From positions 125,612,001-125,676,000 of the forward strand of contig OZ260661.1 in the NCBI GenBank assembly GCA_965285935.1: DNA of 64,000 nt, read 5' to 3'. The translations under genes were made by a program, and so were the position numbers. Below the pieces are notes generated by a model. The model worked only from the letters and a program-made list of their open reading frames with translations. It searched no databases and was not told where the DNA came from. The DNA is from Ophelia neglecta. Its lineage: Eukaryota. Numbering within the stretch: position 1 is the stretch's first letter; each line of letters begins with the position of its first letter. Below, in pieces: positions 24,692 to 37,200 of the stretch.

Positions 24692-25450
24692 CCTTTATTC
24701 GGCTTTCTCCTCTGTTAAATAAGAGTCATATTGATAATGTTCAGCTCTGTCATATTTTGCACCTCCTCCTCCATGCACATATCAGTGTCCCAGTAAGACA
24801 CAATCTGAGAAGACAATTCGACTGATGCCAACAACAACGACACAATAGAGGATTGCCTGGCATCAGTAAACCTTTCACAAGAAAAGAGAAAGTGGTCATG
24901 TGATTCAAGGCCTTGACCACATTGACGGACAGGAAAAAAGCAATGCAATGGTTTACGTAGAGATCATTATTTAGTCCTGTGCAACCAGCTCTCATCTGTG
25001 CTAATTTATTTTGCGTAGAACGACAACCCAAATTAAAAAACTTTGAGCACTTCTTGTCTCTTTGCAACACAACATTTCAAAACATAGTTTTCCTATTAGA
25101 AAGGCGGGTGATACGCGGCAAATTATTGCAGTCAGTAATAGTTTTGAGAAAATATGACAGTTGGTAGGATGAAGTTGCGGTATTGCGAGTCCGATCCTCT
25201 GGTATTATATACCATAGATGATTGAAAAGAGGTAACATGGGATCGGAGATATATGAGGGAAGAGTCTGATATACTATTATAGGATTTACAGTCGTGATGC
25301 TTTTTGCCTATGTGCTAATGCTTCGTTCCACTGGAACTAGCATAAGTGCCGTCCAGATTAATGCAGGATTCTTCGCAGGAAATTCCGCCCTAAAGCTTTC
25401 AGTGAACTAAATATAAATCTCCCATCTCTTGCTATGACCATAATCTGTAC
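24692..25450 (-). pseudogene. Decayed 3' end of an older CR1-type LINE (C-terminal CCHC region)
   Basis: Across frames: LPSYISD...YNTR, SSYQLSYF.KTITD.NNLP, LAQMRAGCTGLNNDLY, QCG..LESHDHFLFSCERF..AR. AATAAA on the minus strand near 24694-24699. Confidence 0.65.
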
Positions 25451-27070
25451 TTAGCGATTAGTTTTGCCTAAAAGCCTATTTTTTATGGGGTGGAGGGGGG
25501 GGGGTTAATTTCAATGGTGGGAGCCATAGCGCACCGGAAAAAACATGAATATCCAAAAGTACTTTTTTACAATCCCAATTCCAAAACAATATTTTATCTC
25601 TCCTCGCAGGCTGGTGAGCTAGCTGTGCAAGCAAACCCAGTTTCGGGTCTAGTTAGTTGTTGACAATATTTGATGATGCGCCTTAAGATTCTTGTTGTAA
25701 CATTCGGCAACTGGACTGCAAGTGTGAATTAAAATCTTAGACACACATCGAATGTTAACAGTTAATCTATCACGGAGTAGAAGTGTTTCACGGCTGCCAC
25801 AGGACAAGTGTGAGAGTGCGGTAGGGCGTGGTGAGTTTGGTTCATAGAGAGAAACAGGAATGCAGGAATGCTTTTTTAGGACAGTCTTGGAAAGGGTGAG
25901 ATAGTTAGAAGTCTTATTATTCCATTCAAAGCGACGAAAGCAGTCGAAGTTGAGGTTAAAGAACATATAATTTCACAGTGGTCTCAGGGACACTAGAAAT
26001 ACAACCACCTACTGGTTAGACTTCAAACCGAAAGCATGGAAGTCAACAATGTTGGATTTTACACAACAGCCAACTGGTTGGCCCAATGTTAATGACATTT
26101 TCAACCGCTATGCAGACAACGGTTTTCTGGTATTTATTTCTTCAAAATATTGTTCTTTGATATAATGGATGGTCATAATCTATATAAGCTACATAAATAT
26201 GGTAAATTGTATGTCCAATTTTGAAAAGAGGCCGTTGGCATTTGATCTGCAACAAATGAGAACCGGTGTTGCAGGCATTCGGCACAACCGAAGGGTTAAC
26301 TGCTTGCCATTAGATAATATAATTATACTGCCTATAACTTCCCGGTCAAACTATGATCCCTTTGATATTCATGTAAGGGCTCTTTACCATGCCGGATATT
26401 GTAATGCTGTTATCGTTAGGGGTGGGGCATCTTTGACATTGGGGTATTTACAGCATTACAATGAAGGAGCTCTACCAAGTCATTGACATGATTTACATAC
26501 TAACATAACACAACGTGGGGGAGGTTTAGGGTGACGTGTCGGCTATCATGGAGGGGGCTACCTTCTAACCAAGGGTGGGGAGGGGATAAAGCCATACTAA
26601 AACCTACCGTGTCACGTCCACACATGCGACAAAGGTACCAATCATTTAAAATGGGCGCCTCCCAATATTTACAGGGAGTATCCTTGCCCATTTCCAGAAA
26701 TATCAATGAAAATGGGAAAGCATCAACCCTGAAGTTGTCTTTAATACTTATACAAGTTATCGTAGTGATATCATAATTAAAGTTATCGTAGTGATATCAT
26801 AATGGTGATTCTCCCATCCAAATTACCTAACTAAATCAACCTTGCAGAATCGTGTCCTGTGAACACTGGAGTATCCTTGATTCTATCAACCTTGGGGAAT
26901 TTACACTCTCATCGTATACCAATGGTATGCTGATGAGTCAATGTTGTCCGTGACAATAAGTTACTTCAGGTCGTGCAGGTCCTTATTTACTTAGTTTAGG
27001 ATTGTGAACCGGACCCTACGTACATCGATCCTGGGGCATCGAGAAAAAAGTTCAAACAAACCAATTCCTT

Positions 27071-27186
27071 TATATAATCCTAGATGATCCACTATTTAGA
27101 GAATATTCGAAATCCAAACCTCGAAGATTAGCAAGGGCGGAAGCTACAGTCACGTCTTTCAGTATTCCTAAAGGCTTCTGGTAAGT
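27071..27186 (+). promoter_or_regulatory. Candidate TATA box and non-coding first exon of the Reeler-MAM gene
   Basis: TATATAA at 27071-27077 and a strong donor TG|GTAAGT at 27180/27181. The Reeler coding exon begins at an acceptor (ttcag, 31265), so an upstream exon is required. Confidence 0.35.
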
Positions 27187-29419
27187 ACTGGTCACACTTT
27201 TATATGTGTTTACCGCTATTATAACACGAACATTATATAGCCCCAACTAACAAAATAAGCGGCGCAATATTAGTGAAATTTAGTGAAATATTCGTATATA
27301 TTTATAATACAATATCTAGCATGTAACATTATCGTATCCAATACGTTATTCAATATTTGCTACTATCACATTTCGAAAGCTAAAACTACAATAATTTACT
27401 GCTCCTAAAGAAAAATTGGCCAAGACAAGCCCCGAATTTATCTGATATTTGATACTATTATTTCTCATATATTATATCTCATATTTGCAATGCCTAGTGT
27501 CGACTAGGTTGATGTCACTACTCCTGCGAGCTAGGTTATAACTTTGTAACATGCGTCTTGTTCAAGTTCATTCGAGCATGGGAAAGAACATGCCGTCTTC
27601 GATCACTAAGTACTTATTAAAGGCTTATATGTACTGAAAGCGGTTGGTGTTATATTTTCCAATTACTGCAAAAGTATCAATGCTCAGGGTTTTCGTCACT
27701 AAAGCCAATTCTTGCTTAACGGTTTTGTGTCTACCACCTCTGCGGCTTGACAAACATAGTCTTTTGGTTTACAGTCGATTGTATAACACGATAACTAATT
27801 GATCCAGCTTGTTTTCCCATGACATGACATGACACTAAGATAACTATCTAGCCGATAAGCGCAATGATTTTTCCGTATCCGTTTGCCAGAAAGTGTTTTG
27901 CTATAGTTTTACTTTATACTTGATTGTACTTTGCTTTGTCTTGTCCTATTAATAAATTAATTGAGTTTAAGTCTTAGATGTTTGGTACTTTGCTTAAACA
28001 TGTTTAATTCAATTTTAATGGTTAAGCATAATTGGCACTGAAACATGCACATGTCCACTAAATGGAGCGATAGGAGACCCATCAGCATGATATGCGCAAA
28101 TAATGTCCCTATACATATGGACATTACTATAAGAATTTTATATAATTTAGAATGTCTGATGTCCCATATCCGTTAAACCCTCAGGGATTATTAATGACAT
28201 ATAGATAGCCCCCGACCAAACACTAATGCATGTTCGAAAATGTTCCATTGGTCTATTCACATCCAGGATCCGAACAATACACTATGTTGACGAATGTCAC
28301 GGAGAGAGTGAACAGAATAGTGTTTGCACCACAGCGGAACAAAGAAAGTCCACGATAGAATCACAGCACACTCAAATGACCTTAAAATGGGGTCAATTCT
28401 GTATAAGGCACAACAGTATCAAGCGGATAAGTCAATATTCAACTGGACACATATACAGTTCATCCTAGACATGTTTTTTCCTGTTTAATTTATAACGTCA
28501 GTTCTGCCTGGGTGATTTTACACCCGGATCCTGTACTAATAAAATTACCGCTAACGCATACCTAACCTTCCATTTTCCAGGATAAAAAACACATTTAGGT
28601 TCCTACCAATCGGGACAATCGCTTGTAATCGCATGTAAAGCTAATTAATTTCTATACTCCGCAAGCCGTTTTCGGTCTTAACGTGCTATCCTGCGGCTGT
28701 ATTCACATTTTTCAATGCAATGCCAAATTTGTTGGGCCCCCGTTTCGTGCCCGGAAACTGTGTACTGTCTATATATTGCCTAACTTTCGGGGGGGGGGGA
28801 TGCATCATTAAATTCAGGGGAATTTTTTTTATAAATAAGTGATTTTGATTTTACCCTTCAGGCACATTCTACACGGCTATTGAAGAAATTCTCAACCGAC
28901 CATAATGTAATAGTTTCTGATGTAAATTCTTTTTAATTGATAATCATAATAATGAGCAGCAAATTTAGATGCGCACATTGTTCTTTCGAGTAAAGCGTGG
29001 ACATGTACCTACAGTAAGACCTGAGTTTAATTGTCACTATTTAGATCCCTCAAAGAGACGTTTGGCACTGCTATCAATTGTTATGATAGCAGTGCTGTTT
29101 TTACACCGTGCGCAATATGTAGATGTCATTGCATGGTCAACATCAATACCAAGCAACAACCAAGCCACTGCGGGTTAAACTAGTCACGCACGTGTGCATG
29201 CACGTGTGCACTCATTGCACAGGTGTTCGCACAGGTGTGGTCCGCTGCCGGATATAGTTGAATACAAGAACTATTTATGATTCATCAATATATTCAATGA
29301 GACACTCAATTGGTAAAAGATAGAATAAAACGTAATGTTGACAAAGTAAATACATGTATATCAAAATTCAGCGAAATATGATTATCACAGTTAATAAAGT
29401 TAGATAAAGTCTTTTACAG

Positions 29420-29930
29420 TAGTAGTTGTTTGTTTTATTCGTCACACACAATTCAGTTACAGGTTAATATAAATAAATACAAGCAAAATGGTAATTACCA
29501 ATGATAAAGTTTCATAATAACAAAAATAATAGGATGAAGTGTGTGTGCGGGTTGCCAACAATAGCAGATAAGACTGCACTTATAAACAACTACAAGTGTG
29601 ACAAAAGTGACAATACAACGAAAAACATGAAATGGAAGAACTTAATAGAACAAAAAAAATTAGAAGAAAAATACACAAAATAGCGCATTCTGATAATACA
29701 AAATAATAGGCAAAATGATCCTTACTTGTTTTATATTATTATATCCACATTATAACAAGTAGTGTATTGGCAATTTATTTAACGGATTTGATTTCTGAGC
29801 ATATACCTAAATATCTGCGTATGGACATGTATGTCTAAAGGGTATTCCCTACAGTCGCCGTATACAGCTAAAGAATATGTCGAGGACTTACCACTGTAGG
29901 TGACATTGACACTCCCGTACTGAAAACAGT
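29420..29930 (-). pseudogene. Decayed LINE 3' end
   Basis: The minus strand ends in AATAAA plus ACAAACAACTACTAC after a T-rich UTR. The upstream sequence weakly resembles an L2/Crack ORF2 C-terminus. Confidence 0.35.
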
Positions 29931-31273
29931 ACAAATTGGGAGCACGCATGTATTAAATGTGGAACAAGCTACATGAAAAGGTAGTTTATAGAACCGGCTC
30001 GAACACACCCGGCCGCATCAGCGCGAAGCCTTGTGATTAAATGATGATTAATTAGAAATTTTTGTCGCCCAAAGACTCGTGGAAATATCTAGAGAGCTGG
30101 GCTTATACTCGGGCCTATATAACATAGGCCACATTTAATGTGCAAATTTTATATAGACATCCTTAGAGTATTGTATGCCATGTTTTTGGGTGGGAAAATA
30201 TTATTAATCATTCAATCAATCAAATCGTGTTGGCGCGTGCCTTCGAAGTGAAATATATTGAGGTGATACCTGTCAATGATAAAACGAATTATAACAGGCT
30301 GGCTGTATCACTTACACCTGCCAGAAAATACTCAAAAAACAGAACAGTGCAAAGGTAATCAAATCCTTGAACAGACAAGACCTTGATGTTGACGCTAAAC
30401 CTGCAGAACGTGTATGCTCATGACAAACATTGTAGACTGTAAATATATTGGCAATCATCAGACGAAAATATGTGGATTAAAGGACGCCATCATTTAATAT
30501 CTAAAGCCCGAATTCACAATGGAACTGGACAATCTTAAGCTAACCTTACTGATCTTACATATTTGAACACATTCATTTTTTTCGACGAGCGCAGTTCAAC
30601 TATGGTAGATTTTATAGTGCAGTTGTGTAACGGATATTAACAATTGGTCCAGATTGTATGTTTATGTGTTGATAGAGGTCGGGGGTACCGAGCAATAAGA
30701 GAGTTCGTCCCATTTTTCTTTTAAGATCCTGTTTTTTTTATTGCGTTATATCCACCTTATTCTCACACAAGAACAATCGTGCCTTTGTTTATGAATGTGT
30801 TGCTACCGCCAATATGCTCTAGAATGTAAGTGCTCTTCCTACTGCCTTTATTTAAAAGCGCACTTAATTTTACGCAGAGCTTGTCAACTGGTCCGTCCAG
30901 TAGCTTTGAATATCTATGTTCGGAGCATAATAAGTTTAAGTTCAGCCACCAATTTGAAATAAATGAATATTCTTTAAATTTGATTTGTGGTAAAACGTCC
31001 TTTTTCTTTGAGATGGCAAATCGTAAACATAAACGAACAATTATTGCCATGTGCAATAAAGATATTTTCTTCTTTCTTGCTGATCTTGAATATTATTCAT
31101 CGGAAAAGTTCCACCACATGTACATCATTTAATGAGTGAATAAGAATTTAGACAAAAATTGTAAATTTCGTTGCGCATACATTTTGTTTTCGGCTAGTGT
31201 TTTAATTAGGGTGAAGGCGACAAATACCTTTTTTTTATTATTATTTTATAAATGTTACCTTTCAGGCAACAAA

Positions 31274-34200
31274 ATGGCGATTCCGAGTTTCGCTTTCACC
31301 ATGCTGATTGTGTATATAGGAGCAATCCGGGGCTGGCCCACGGGCGCTCCCCAGAATCAATGCGTCTTTATGCAGCCCAGACATGGCAGTCAATCAACAA
31401 GTGCAAATCCATATATAGTTACAGCATCGTCGACTACCTACAGTCCGGGTGATCCTATTACAGGTATAGTTAGAACGGACCATCTTCTCTAACAGTATAT
31501 AACACGCTAAATCAGAAACTATCATCAGAGATTACAGGCACCTTTACGGTAATTACTAGCACGCAACCATATTGCCCGCAACTCCCATGTGGCATATCAC
31601 TGTTGATCGAGAAAAGATACCATATATTAAAACAAATATTATTAAGGGTTAAGGACCCCCACTTTTTTTTATCAGTGGCTGTCTCGGGGAACAGTTTCAA
31701 AGGACTTGTGTTACAGGCAAGGGCTATTGGATCCAGTGAGCCTCTGGGGATATTCTCAAACTACCCTGCCAACACTCGAGGACTAACGGTAAATATAATA
31801 ATTCATATCAAAAGGATCTGTAGTTCTATATTTCTACAAATGTTATGAATATAGTTAGGCCGGCAATTGAATAATAACCCAGCTACACTAGTGTAAAAAT
31901 GAATATATTTTAGAGTTTGTAAAATAAAATTCAATGAAGCACAATTGTTCAAGAAGTACACATGGAACCTCAGTTTTAATAAATTGAAAAATTTACTCTC
32001 AATGAGTTATTTTTATTGTTGCAATCTCAGTTGCAACTCATTTAAAAAGCTACCTCTTTTTTAACCAATCCGGTTAGAGATTATATCCAAGTTGATATCT
32101 TCGTATTCCTGTTTACAGGAAGTTGTTTGACTGGCATAAGAACTAAAACTCGAAATTGAATTATAATAAAGTCTGATCCAAGCAGACCCTCTTAATTCGT
32201 GGTAGCTGAATTTGAATGTTCTTCAATTCAAATAGTCTTATACCATGATGTTGCGTCACAAAGAAAACACGTTTGTTTGTTTGTATGTTAGGGGTGACAT
32301 GGGCAAAACAAATTGGTCTGTGCTGATCAGTTAATATATTATTCGTATAAATAAGCAATCCCAACCTTGTTTTTTTTACCAGTGTGGTTCAGACGATACT
32401 GCAGTGACCCACTCGTCCGACTTCCCTAAACCACCTGGAACATCGTTCGTATGGACACCACCATCCAATTTGACCTTAGATGTTGAATTTGTGTAAGTTT
32501 GAATAAAAATTGAATATTTTTCTAGTATTGTTGTATTATATATGCAGGTATTTTATCTCCCGTTCTAATCCACCTGTTTCATTCATCTGAAACACAAATA
32601 ATAAGTACACATTATACATCTGAACCGGAGAATGAGCAATGACTATCTGCATGCCCCTCAAACCTTATCTTGAAAGTGTGCCATATGGATTTATTGATTT
32701 GCCATGTTATTTCGTCAAAGCACCTTAATATTTCATAATGGCATATCCAACACAATTTTCATCTATAGAGCTACCATTGCGGCCGAAAAGTATATTTGGT
32801 GGAGAAATACAAAGTCTGCTTCTTTGTCACTTTTTACTGAAGACGAAACTGGGGCTAAAACTTCTACATCAACAATGCCACGTGAATCTACCCATGGTGA
32901 GTTTCACATACTCACATAAGCGCATATGCGGAATTTTAATTCAGCCTTTGTGATGAAATTATGCTTGCCACAACGGTGTATGTGTATTATTTTAATTTAT
33001 TTTGTACATTCTTTTGTCGTTCTACCAGTAACCGAGCCGACTCCCTCATCGTCACCCATTACGATTTCTATGCAAACGCCACATCCCTCTGGCAGCCAAC
33101 CCGTACAGCAATGTGAGTTTATGCTACTTTAATCTAATGTTTCTAAACACTAATCGACATTCATCAACGAAGCCAACATGCTCCGTCAACTGTATGAACT
33201 CTTAAATCAAACGATCATATAATTCCTTGTCCGATTAATTTATTTCAGCAAAATAACTTTTTACGTTAAACCAGTTTATCCTTACTTGTTTTATCAGTAT
33301 ATGTTTGGAAAAGACATATTTTTTGTAGTAAAGACATAATTGTCAGTCCCGTATTTTGGCATCCTTTATCATGAATTATGCTGGTCTTGTAGTTACTCTC
33401 ACTACGTGTAATGCGGAAGCAGACGCCATGAAAAATCAACAGTGCTATCTGTTTCAAGACAGCAGTGAAACGTTCGACTGGACCCGAAACACGGGGCGTA
33501 CGCCATCTGGTGCTCGTTATAATAGGCATATAGAAGGTTCGAGGTAAGAATCCCTTTTTGTCCGCCATTGACCTATAATTGTATCTATAAATATGGTCCA
33601 ATTTATCTGTAGCCGTCAAACTTGAACACTCTAGCTTCAATAGTAAACTATAGGTACATGTTTATTTCATCCTATTTCAACACGTGTAACCATTGTTTGA
33701 ATATATAGACATTAAGAAATAACAGTGTACTTACGAAATTAACATATAAGTTCCAATCTATTTACTTAGTCTCCTCTCTTCATCACCTCCGAGCACCCGT
33801 CGCTAGGGAGCACATAAAATAGAAGCAAAGCACGTCGGTCGCCCGGTCGGAATAAACCTCGCCGCTGCATGGGTCTCCTCCGACCCGAGTGCCCCCGTTC
33901 CTTGCTTTCTTTTTCCAATACATAAACTCGTATGTGTGGCGTACATAATATCCCCAATTACGTCACTAGAAATAGTCTTTTTGAAAAGTTTTAAATTACA
34001 CTGCGAATCTGCTGGCTTATAAATACATAAGAGATTGGCTAGTTTCTATATAAATTAAAATGTTAGAATTCCCACTTACTGGAATACGACCAATATAATA
34101 ATTCTTAGCTTAGAAAACTTCATATTTACAAAATTTGTTTTTTAATTCCACGATTTGAATGTTGCTTATTCTAGTTGCTAGTATGGCTATTAATGGCAAT

Positions 34201-37200
34201 TTCTGGTTCCTGTCGTTCATCGGCTACATTTAATGATCAATATATCTACAATTATTTATCAGTTAGTTTTAAATAAAAATTCCCTTAACGACCATGATTA
34301 TTTTAATGTAATAGAAAGTCAATATCCTCATAGGTCATTGATTGAAGAGATCTATTGATAATAATTTTTTATTGATACAGCGGAGAGCCTAATTTAATTT
34401 AAGGTTTGTCTCTAACAGATATCCAGTCACAGGTCCAGAGAGAGCTCGGACAGGTTCTTATTATATGTTCGTCGAAGCTTCTGGGCGAAACGCTGGTGAC
34501 CGGGCAAGGTAACATTTACCATCATAAACAAGGGTAACTTATTTCTCGGCACTGCGGCTATTTTTGTCGACATGTTTTAATAGATTTACTGAACGAAAAG
34601 CCAGGTATTACCTCTTCGGATGTTATATTTTGAGTGGTTGCATCATTATTTCACTGTGTCATTTTGAAAAATGAAATGTAGATCAGATGTTTAGAACTTA
34701 GTCTGATATTAATGTCGTCACCATGATTTTTGTCTTGTTCTTCTTTTTTGGTCCTTAAAGCACCATGTCATAAATATTGGAATGGCAAAATCTCCTTTTT
34801 TTCAAATTGGTGCCCTTCTGGCCTGTTAGCCCTCTTTCAACCATTAACTGAAATTCATTTTAGAATCATAATTTACAGTTTGTGTACTAACAATTCAAAC
34901 TTGATCTTAGGGCAGAACATATCTATGTGTCTCTTTAAATATGCATTTAGTTTATGTTAACATGCATATACACCTTGAATTTAAAACAGATTAAATTAAT
35001 TCACAGGTTGGGACTGAGAGGAGACGACTTCAGTCATGGTGGAACAGGATGCTTGAGATTTTTCTACAACATGAACGGGTTCCACATCGGGCAGCTGTCT
35101 GTATACTCCCGCCTCGGTAATTTGCCGACAAGAATGATATGGGCCATGAGCGGAGATCAGAAACAGAACTGGAATACTGCGGCAGTAGAGCTCGACATGG
35201 AACGTCTCCCCCAGGTGATCACTCGGGCGTCCTCATTTACAAAATACAGTAATTCCTACAATGTTGTTGTTAATCATTTTTATGCAATACCATCAGTAAA
35301 TCAAGTGCCTGATTTTAATCATTTGGAAACCTATTTCACCAATGATTATAAACTGATTGTACACGCGCCTTAGCCGAGGGGCGATTTAATGTCTCCATGG
35401 AACTATGTAAACATTTAAAAAGACATGAAGCAGCACTCATGAAGAACTTTCCTTTATAGATTGGATTCGAGGTTTCAATGACCGGACAGTTCAGTGGAGA
35501 TATTGCAATAGATGACGTGAAAATGTCAGAGGGTCCTTGTGAACGTGAGTCTCAGTTGTTATATTGAGTTTGACGAAAATAGATTATTATACCAGCCACA
35601 TAAAGTCTGGAGACTTTCAGAAAAAAATGTTTAAAATAATACGATGCTAGAAAACAGTGTGCACAAGCTACTGCTGACGCACATATTGTCTATGTGTAGT
35701 TGGTGTGTTTAAAAAAAGGATCTAATTGGTTTGCTATGTATGACGTTTGACCTATTTAAACCCGAAGGCAAGTGACGCGTTTTGCCAGAGCACTGTGTCC
35801 CTGGGTGCCGCTGCCTTCTGGTGGTGACGTCATCGCCGAAAGTAGGCCAAGCGTCATTTGCTTTCTGGACCAATTAGCGTTCACCATGTGAGCGTGTCGG
35901 ACATGCATTGATTACAGATTCAAAGTTTTTTTAAGCACCACTAGTCTCCAGACTTTAGTCCGCTGGCATAATATGAACAATCAGAATTTAACAAACGGAA
36001 TTGTGAATATAACTAGCTTGGGTAACCTTATACATTTCTTATATTAATACTCTGATTTGTTGACATGGAGACTAATTCATATATTTACATTTCAGCCATA
36101 CCCGAGCGTAAGTGTTGCTGTTTTTAACTCATCTCCTATATTCTGCCATGCGATGAAATAAAGGTAGTATCAATGCATTCGTGTGCTTTCTCAAGCGCTT
36201 GAAACGGTGATCGATTCACGGTTTCTTTTAATATTTTACAACTTTCTGAAAGCAACTGTCACTGAAACAACTTCTTCCTGCATTGTTTCATTTTTTTCGG
36301 GCGCATTTGTCATTTCTCATGATCGTTATTATTTATCGGATGGTTGTACAAATTTCGTCTAGTTTTTCAACCAGTGTTTGATGTTCGCTTATCCCATTAA
36401 ACTCATACCACTTTATATTAACATTTGGTATTATTGACATTTATGATATGTGTCCGTAATTAAATCATTGAATTTTTTTTGGTAAAATTAACATAAACCT
36501 CTTAATATGATGAATGTGTTACATTTCCTGGCTAACATAAATTTAATGCTAAACCTACACCCGAACCTGTAAGGGTGATTAATGCTGGAAAGGTTGTTAA
36601 TCTTTTGCTGAGGACCATTAAGACAACACATACACCTGGTACAATCTTCCTTTTTATTTTTATCATCACAATTATTCTTAGTATCTCTACGCTGCTGTAT
36701 CTTCTTTACCACTGTCTGGTGAATAGATAAACCCGAAATCTAAAAAAACGGCTCGACATTTTGCCCGTTCAAATCGGAAAATCTAAGATAGTTTTTTCGG
36801 TTCTTTCAAGGAATAAAGTACACTTTTAGTTCCGTCATATGTTGTCATATTGCTGTCATTTCGGATCATAAGATATAAGATATAAGTAGTACGATTACAA
36901 AATAATGTTTAGGATGACTATGAAGTGAAACGAAATGACCTAATCAATAGACCACAGCAGCCCTATATTTCAAGAATTTATTTAGAACGAACAACAGTTT
37001 AGTCAATCTTCAGCACTATCTGCAATCTGGCGGAAATGCTAGCATTTAATAGAACATCTATCCATCTCCATAAATATCATATAAACAAACATAACATGCC
37101 TATAAACAGTCTAGCTTGATATGTAAGAGCAAATTTTAAACTTAACCGACCAGTCGAAATAAAATATCTTAATGATAATTATCCTATCTGCTTATTTCTA

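Noticed and set aside
26754-26803. 24-bp direct repeat (also a 20-bp repeat near 55693)
   Set aside because: Simple local tandem duplication with no sign of function
26905-26965. Hammerhead-ribozyme-like hairpin + CTGATGA + GTCA...TGAC stem
   Set aside because: The GAAA core is absent (AATA instead), stem I is out of register with the core, and there is no stem III
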